A program made the position numbers and the translations under genes. From assembly GCA_031414595.1 (NCBI GenBank), contig JANNVX010000098.1, positions 96,001 to 160,000 of the forward strand: DNA of 64,000 nucleotides, in the 5' to 3' direction. Below, in pieces: positions 58,321-64,000 of this stretch. Source of the DNA: Deinococcales bacterium. Its GTDB lineage: Bacteria; Deinococcota; Deinococci; Deinococcales; JAAFIG01. Each line of letters opens with the position of its first letter. Within the stretch, counting starts at the first letter, position 1. The notes below the pieces were generated by a model. That model was not told the DNA's origin. It saw only the letters and a program-made list of their open reading frames with translations, and searched no databases.

Positions 58321-59391
58321 TTATGCCTTGAGGCTTTCTGCCTCGAGAACCACGGTTGAACGCACTTGGTCACGCCCAGAATTCTTGGCGCGGTATAAGG
58401 CAGCATCGGCTCGAGCCATGACTTGTTTTAGGGTTTCACCTTCCCCGCAAACTGCCACGCCAATACTGACAGTTATTCGCACCCCACCGAGGTTGGCATC
58501 AAAAATGGCTTGCCTTGAACGTTCGCCAAGTAATCTGGCTTGCTCAAGATTGAGGTTTTTACCCAGCATTAAGAATTCCTCGCCGCCCCAACGGGCTGTT
58601 TGGTCGCCTTGACGGGTTTGATTTTCTAAGGTAAATGCCAGTTCACGCAGCACAATATCGCCAAAAGCATGTCCGTACTGGTCGTTGATGTGCTTAAAGT
58701 GGTCAACATCTATGATTAAAAGCGCGTAGCCTATTTGACTGGCATGGGTTTGCTCGAGGTGCATTTGCATTGAACGGCGGTTCTGGATGCCTGTTAAAAC
58801 ATCGGTGTTGGCTTGGTGTTGTACAAATTTGTATTGTTGCTGCATTCGTCCAAAAACAGCAATTAAACCCGCTAAAATCAGATTTGCCACATGAAATTGC
58901 ACCAAGGCATTGATTTGCAGTGTATCAAAGCGATTTTGTGAAACGGTGACTAAGGAGATAAAAATAGCAACCGCGTTATAGCCACCACTAAACCATAAAG
59001 CTAAACCCGGACTAAGACTTAAATGGGCAACAACCACGGTGATTGGAAACCACGGAATACCAATTCCTAACGTTTTTTGAATTTTTAAGACTTCCAACGC
59101 CGAAGTTGCAAAATCAAGCAGCAGAAACGAGCCAGATGTACAAAAGGCGAAGATTTGCAGCAGTTCTACCCGTTGAGGTTGCAGAAAAAGCCAAATAGCA
59201 GCTAAGAAGAACGTAATTGTGATAAAAGGCAGTCCATAGAGGTCAGAAAAAACAATCACTTTGGAATCTTGTAAAAATAACCAAGAAACAAAAGTCGCCA
59301 ATGAACCCAGAAGCAAAGCTGCCAAAGTCAGCCAGACGCGGGTGCGTCCAACCAAATCAAGTGCCTCGAGTTTAGCGTAAAAGGCTTTCAT
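58321..59391 (-). CDS. Membrane-bound diguanylate cyclase (GGDEF)
   Basis: TM helices; D.LTG..NRR, DVDHFK.IND..GH..GD, RWGGEEF and AD.ALY.AK..GR. Confidence 0.93.
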   Translation of the reverse strand: MKAFYAKLEALDLVGRTRVWLTLAALLLGSLATFVSWLFLQDSKVIVFSDLYGLPFITITFFLAAIWLFLQPQRVELLQIFAFCTSGSFLLLDFATSALEVLKIQKTLGIGIPWFPITVVVAHLSLSPGLALWFSGGYNAVAIFISLVTVSQNRFDTLQINALVQFHVANLILAGLIAVFGRMQQQYKFVQHQANTDVLTGIQNRRSMQMHLEQTHASQIGYALLIIDVDHFKHINDQYGHAFGDIVLRELAFTLENQTRQGDQTARWGGEEFLMLGKNLNLEQARLLGERSRQAIFDANLGGVRITVSIGVAVCGEGETLKQVMARADAALYRAKNSGRDQVRSTVVLEAESLKA

Positions 59392-59439
59392 CAGCTTTAG
59401 GCGCAAGCATAGCCGAATTTAAGCCAAAAGAATACAAAT

Positions 59440-60045
59440 TTATAAATAACGACGAGCGCCAAGGTAACGGCTGCTGTAATAGCGTTCGGCAAGACTCGAG
59501 ACAATCACCCCTGTACTTGGGGTGCTGGCATGAACCATTCGGTTGTTGCCAATGTAGACACCAACGTGTCCGACCCCACCACGTCCATTAAATCCTTGAA
59601 AGAAAACCAAGTCACCGGGTAATAAACCGTTTCTCGAGACAACACGTCCGCCACTAAATTGAGCGCGGCTTGAACGCGGTAGGCTAACCCCCATTTGTTT
59701 CATCACATAGCTGGTAAAACCACTGCAATCAAAGCTGGATGGACCCATTGAACCCCAACGGTAATTTGCACCGACTTTGGAAAACGCCACCCGCACGACA
59801 TTGCTGCTCGAGCGGTTGGTGGCTGTTTTGACCGATGGTTTAGCGTTTGTACTATTGCCAAGGTTAATTTTTTGCCCCACGCCTAATGATTCACCAATGC
59901 CGGGGTTAAGTCTGAGAATCTGGGTGGTGCTGATGCCATTTTTCTGGGCAATGCGGTACAAGGTATCGCCAGACTGCACAGTGTAGGTTTTGGCAACTGC
60001 CAAACTCGAGCAGACCAAGGCAGCCACAATTAAACGTTTAAGCAT
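59440..60045 (-). CDS. LysM plus NlpC/P60 cell-wall endopeptidase
   Basis: Signal peptide, YTVQSGDTL LysM, FDCSG, PGDLVFF and HVGVYIG. Confidence 0.93.
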   Translation of the reverse strand: MLKRLIVAALVCSSLAVAKTYTVQSGDTLYRIAQKNGISTTQILRLNPGIGESLGVGQKINLGNSTNAKPSVKTATNRSSSNVVRVAFSKVGANYRWGSMGPSSFDCSGFTSYVMKQMGVSLPRSSRAQFSGGRVVSRNGLLPGDLVFFQGFNGRGGVGHVGVYIGNNRMVHASTPSTGVIVSSLAERYYSSRYLGARRYL

Positions 60046-60231
60046 CTTGAAGCTGACCCTAGCAAAGTCTCTAGCCAATTGCCTGTGTATTTTCTGAGTT
60101 ACCCATGTCACCAGCCCAGAAACAACCGAGCCAAAAAAGTGCGTTAAAGCTGTTTGGAAAAGTAAAAAACCAAGCAACTTAAACTCGAGACCACATAGAA
60201 AAAACCGATGTTTTGTACAGAACAAAATAAT

Positions 60232-61257
60232 TTAACGCGCCCTGCAAATCAGACCATTATGGGCTTTGATTGTTCCAGCCCGCAAAACCTCGAGACCATG
60301 TTCATAAGCGTACAAACCCATTTGCTTGGTGTCCATCAGTTCACGGTAGCCATAATTCATTAAGTCGCCCATGACTTTATAAAACAACTGGCTTTTGAAT
60401 TGCTTGCGTGGTGTGGTCATGACCACATAGCCACCGCGTTTTAAGAATTGCCGATGCCATTCGATACACTGTCCTTTCATTTCATCAGGAAAATGCTCGA
60501 GTAACCCGACTGAAAGCACAATGTCAAATTTTTCATCAAAATCCAAGTCCCGAATATCCGAGACCACAAAATCAAAACTCATCTGATCGACGTGCATCAC
60601 ATCCCAAGTGCCAGTGCTGGGGTTTTTACTTAAAAACGGGTACTCGAGTGGAAACTTACCAAAGCGCTCATCCCTACAAAAATCATCATAATCCACCAGC
60701 ACCGCATGACCGCCGGGATACTGGGCTAAAAGCTGCATCGCTTCGTAACCGTCGGCTGCGCCAAGGAACAAAATTCGTGGTTTATGCACTTCTAAACCAT
60801 CAAATAAAGCCCTTTTACCACGCGGGTCCCAAACCGCATCCTCGAGCCGGTGAACCTGATTCCAAACTCGCACCTCTAAGAGTTCTTGAAAGACCTCTGG
60901 GAGACTCGAGAAGTTAAAACTCAGTAGGGTCTGCAAGAATTTCTGAGTGGTTTCCGATTGGGCTTTGGGTAAATCCGTGACAAACAATTCATGGAAGTTC
61001 TTATTGAAATTCTGCCACTGCACCAAGACTGGCATCTCGGTTTGATGCTCGGTTTCCCATTTTTGCCGTGTTCTCGAGTTGGCAGGCACGGTATACGGCT
61101 TGCCAAGTTCTGCCCACGAAAGCCTAGACCAATCGGTATGACTTAAATCCTCAAACAGGTCTGGCGCACTGGTTCGCAAATCAGCACGGTACGAAGGCAT
61201 GAGAAACGAAGTTTCAAGCGGCATCCGCGACATCTCCAAAGTGGCTTGCATGGTCAA
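60232..61257 (-). CDS. Class I SAM-dependent methyltransferase
   Basis: LFLGAADG, FDIVLSVGLLEHF and LK.GG. Confidence 0.7.
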   Translation of the reverse strand: MTMQATLEMSRMPLETSFLMPSYRADLRTSAPDLFEDLSHTDWSRLSWAELGKPYTVPANSRTRQKWETEHQTEMPVLVQWQNFNKNFHELFVTDLPKAQSETTQKFLQTLLSFNFSSLPEVFQELLEVRVWNQVHRLEDAVWDPRGKRALFDGLEVHKPRILFLGAADGYEAMQLLAQYPGGHAVLVDYDDFCRDERFGKFPLEYPFLSKNPSTGTWDVMHVDQMSFDFVVSDIRDLDFDEKFDIVLSVGLLEHFPDEMKGQCIEWHRQFLKRGGYVVMTTPRKQFKSQLFYKVMGDLMNYGYRELMDTKQMGLYAYEHGLEVLRAGTIKAHNGLICRAR

Positions 61258-61281
61258 AGCAGTCTACGCTTTTATTGTTGT

Positions 61282-62250
61282 TTAGACCACTTCTAATGGC
61301 AGATGCGGCTCGAGTGGCAAAATGACTTTAATCGGGTCGCTCGGGTATACCTCGCCGCCTTCAAGCACAGTCGTCATGATTCCCGCTTTGCGAATCAAAT
61401 TGCCATTTTGGTCGGTCTCTAAAACCGCTTTCAAGAGTCCGTTTTGTAATCCATCTATTTGTAAACAGGGGTTACGCAAGCCAGTCACCTCGAGTTGCAC
61501 CGAGCCGATTTCGAGAATTGTGCCTTTGGGCAATTTGAGTAAATCAATGCCAGAAGTGGTGATGTTCTCACCCATTTGCCCCGGCAGCACCATAAAGCCC
61601 TGAGCCGCCACCTCTTCAAATAATTCGGCATGAATCAGGTGGACTTGGCGCAGATTGGCTTGGCTTGGGTCTCTGGCAACCCTCGAGCGGTGCTTGACAG
61701 TTATACCTTGGTGTGCGTCGTTTTCGACCCCTAAACCTTTGAGAATCTGCAAGCTCTCGACATTGGGTTTACTCATGGTGTGGGTGGCACTGCGACTGAC
61801 CGCCAAAACAGTGGCGGGGGCTGGGAAGGCTTGAGCAAAACCAAAGGCTTCTTGGGTACCGCCGTTAAGCCTTAGTAAATCGAGTTTTTCTTGGGCTTCG
61901 GCTAAGGTTGGAATATGACTGTCTTTAATCCACCACAGCACCGTGCCAGTCTGCTCGAGTGGAATAAACCATTCTTTACGGCGTTTTAAGTAATAACTGT
62001 GACCACTATTAAAAACATAATGCCGTAGGGCTTCTAAATTCTCCCAGGCGCTCATGTTTACAATCAGGCTAGGGTCATCGTAGATTCTAAAAGTGGTGGC
62101 GGTGTTGTTTTCGTCCTTTAAGAGCCAGACAAACCCGGGGCTGTTTTCGGCAAGTAAATTGATGGCGCTCAGTGCCAAGGTAAAATCCTGCATTTCTACT
62201 GACCCGAGCGGATAAGCAATTCGGGCGATGTTTAATTGAGCCAGTTTCAT
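61282..62250 (-). CDS. DUF3291 - MOSC domain fusion protein
   Basis: N-terminus LAQLNIA..LAE.SPGFVW..NMS.WE..L..YV..H...RR.EWF (DUF3291). C-terminus DAH.G.TV.HRSRV..NLRQVHL..GENITT..GLRNPC (MOSC). Confidence 0.8.
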   Translation of the reverse strand: MKLAQLNIARIAYPLGSVEMQDFTLALSAINLLAENSPGFVWLLKDENNTATTFRIYDDPSLIVNMSAWENLEALRHYVFNSGHSYYLKRRKEWFIPLEQTGTVLWWIKDSHIPTLAEAQEKLDLLRLNGGTQEAFGFAQAFPAPATVLAVSRSATHTMSKPNVESLQILKGLGVENDAHQGITVKHRSRVARDPSQANLRQVHLIHAELFEEVAAQGFMVLPGQMGENITTSGIDLLKLPKGTILEIGSVQLEVTGLRNPCLQIDGLQNGLLKAVLETDQNGNLIRKAGIMTTVLEGGEVYPSDPIKVILPLEPHLPLEVV

Positions 62251-62286
62251 GGGGTAATTCTATCATCCCTCGAGTACAATGGGGCT

Positions 62287-62775
62287 ATGGAAAATATTTT
62301 TGTCAGTGCTTTTTTAGGTGTACTACAAGAAGCCTTTGAGGGCGGTAAACCCAATCTGGGTACACATTTTTTGGACAACACCAAGCCAGATGGCTCGAGT
62401 AATCAAGGTTTTTTTGCAGCCCTTGATGGTTTAAGTGCCGTGCAAGCCTCTGCGCCAACTGCACTTGACTCGAGTATTGCGGCACACGCTGCCCATAGTG
62501 CTTTTCACATCGAAGCCACGCTTCGTTTTGCCAGTGGCAACCGTAGCCCTAACGATTGGCAGGCTAGTTTTGAACCTCGAGAAGTCAATGAGCTTGAATG
62601 GGCAGAACAACGTCAGCGCTTAAAGAATGCCTACTCGAGTATTGCCAATTTAGCCCAGAATACCCCTGTGTGGGATAACAACAGTGCCACAGGCATGATG
62701 GCAACCTTGGCGCATGTCACCTATCATCTTGGGGCAGTCAAACAAATTCTAAAATTGGCTCGAGGGTCGGTTTAG
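62287..62775 (+). CDS. DinB-like family protein
   Basis: L..LSA.QAS, SIAAH..H and LAH..YHLGA..Q. Confidence 0.75.
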   Translation: MENIFVSAFLGVLQEAFEGGKPNLGTHFLDNTKPDGSSNQGFFAALDGLSAVQASAPTALDSSIAAHAAHSAFHIEATLRFASGNRSPNDWQASFEPREVNELEWAEQRQRLKNAYSSIANLAQNTPVWDNNSATGMMATLAHVTYHLGAVKQILKLARGSV

Positions 62776-62829
62776 GGCTGCTACTTTGGTATGGCAACCA
62801 TTTGACAGTTGACCTCGTATACTTGGATT

Positions 62830-63462
62830 ATGAAACGATACTTGGTATTGATTTTGGCATTGGTTTTGGTTGGTTGTAATTTACCCGACCCACAAGAAGC
62901 GGCTCGACTGAAAACCGAGAATGAAACACTGCAAGCTCAGGTGACGACGCTGACTTCGGAGCGCGACGCGGCTGTCTTAGAGCGTGATGATTTGCGTGGG
63001 CGTTTAGAAAAAATTAAAACTGCTCTGGAAAATTTGCCAGCCATCTCAAGCATGACTGCACCAAGCCCTGCACCAACCGTACCGGAAACGACTGTGCCAA
63101 GCGTTCCAGAAACCACGACACCAGCCGCCCCAGAAACCACTGCACCAAACACTCCCGAAACTGTTCCAGAGACCACGCCAGACTCGAGTACCCCCGCCTT
63201 ACCGCCTGTCAGTGCTGGAACAGATGCCAGTCTGCTCGAAAAATTACAAGCCTATACCAATGAAGTCTTGACGGCAGCCCAGAATTTTAAGGCGCAAACC
63301 CGCCAAGAAGCGCCCTTAAATTGTACCAATGGCTATGCGGCTGGTGCATACAATGTACAGGACAGCTTAGACTTAAAAGAATGCAGTATTGTCACCGAAG
63401 CCAATGGCGATTACCGTGTTACGGCTCGAGATGCGGCGGGCAATAGCGTTAGCGTTCCCTGA
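62830..63462 (+). CDS. Lipoprotein with coiled coil, Pro/Thr-rich linker and small C-terminal domain
   Basis: Lipobox LVGC; PETT repeats; two C-terminal Cys. Confidence 0.75.
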   Translation: MKRYLVLILALVLVGCNLPDPQEAARLKTENETLQAQVTTLTSERDAAVLERDDLRGRLEKIKTALENLPAISSMTAPSPAPTVPETTVPSVPETTTPAAPETTAPNTPETVPETTPDSSTPALPPVSAGTDASLLEKLQAYTNEVLTAAQNFKAQTRQEAPLNCTNGYAAGAYNVQDSLDLKECSIVTEANGDYRVTARDAAGNSVSVP

Positions 63463-63482
63463 TGAACTAAAATCCGTGAATC

Positions 63483-63594
63483 GTTAGGCGAGGCTTCTTG
63501 ACCATAAACGCGCACCTGACGGGCATGGTCGCATGCCTCGCCCCTACGACAAAAATCTCGTGCTAAACCGTAGGGGTTAGGTATGCCTAACCCC
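63483..63594. repeat. Cluster of GTAG-type REP-like palindromes
   Basis: GCATGCCTCGCCCCTAC (63531-63547) with an upstream AGGCGAGGC partner, and GTAGGGGTTAGGTATGCCTAACCCC (63570-63594). Confidence 0.65.
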
Positions 63595-63746
63595 TTAAAG
63601 GTCAATGGTGATCCATTCTCAAATCGGGATGTTATTTCTGGACGATTCCTAAGAATATCCAAATACATTTGTTGTCCCCAAGGTAGTACCAAATCTACCC
63701 CTCGAGAATACCCTATGCTCGAGGGATGAATCATGATGCCCAAAAT

Positions 63747-64000
63747 ATGAATCATTTACCTGCCTCAAAACAATCATTTGAGCTTTTCAAAGCCTTTGCC
63801 CTGATTGGGGCAACCAACTTTGGCGGTGGTGGCAGCGCCCATGTTCAGCACCACATGGTCGAACGCCTTAAATGGCTAAGCATGGACGAATACCTCGAGT
63901 GTTACAGCATGGTTCAAACCCTGCCGGGTCCAGTTTTTTCTAATCTTTGTACCCATGTCGGCGCTCGTTTAGCGGGCTGGCGTGGCGGAATTCTAGCCAC
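63747..64000 (+). CDS. chrA: Chromate transporter (ChrA family), 5' part
   Basis: Manual translation: LFKAFALIGATNFGGG...VERLKWLS..EY...Q.LPGP...GWRGG. An alternative in-frame ATG lies at 63726. Confidence 0.85.
   Translation, partial: MNHLPASKQSFELFKAFALIGATNFGGGGSAHVQHHMVERLKWLSMDEYLECYSMVQTLPGPVFSNLCTHVGARLAGWRGGILA

Noticed and set aside
60046-60200. c-di-AMP or other riboswitch before the LysM-NlpC/P60 gene
   Set aside because: Only weak hairpins; conserved riboswitch motifs not found.
60211-60227. TTTTGTACAGAACAAAA palindrome as a Deinococcus RDRM (DdrO site)
   Set aside because: AT-rich, deviates from the consensus as I recall it, and precedes a cell-wall peptidase rather than a repair gene.
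63411-63755. 114-aa minus-strand ORF
   Set aside because: Largely a translation of REP-like palindromes and overlaps both neighbours.

Overview
Bacterial chromosomal segment of roughly 48% GC (estimated by eye), very probably Deinococcota. The evidence is EF-P with an HQKIGRGGA loop, L32 starting [10 protein letters not shown], a PQQ-propeller Ser/Thr kinase resembling RqkA, and DUF1844/DUF4388 genes. Most of the window is housekeeping and metabolic: peptidases, dtd, UDG, a GH31 glucosidase, efp, ppc, ppx, mrp, hrpB, ruvB, rpmF, rplU-rpmA-obgE, a Ugp-like ABC transporter, ugd with glycosyltransferases, GGDEF, LysM-NlpC/P60 and chrA. The accessory part is a type I restriction-modification locus (5137-13023, minus strand) ordered hsdM - RAYT transposase - hsdS - NYN nuclease - orphan HigA - hsdR. 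Three signals stand out. (1) The palindrome CTCGAG is massively over-represented throughout (14 counted in the first 2 kb versus about 0.5 expected), like cyanobacterial HIP1. (2) Inside the R-M locus a duplicated hsdR 5' end is fused to a duplicated hsdS 3' end exactly at a CTCGAG, so the NYN and HigA cassettes appear stacked by CTCGAG-joined recombination; several other short duplications also contain CTCGAG. (3) The NYN nuclease gene sits behind its own sigma70 promoter, a ~50-nt structured RNA and an intrinsic terminator, an architecture resembling type III (RNA-antitoxin) toxin-antitoxin systems. All calls come from reading the sequence; no database searches were run.
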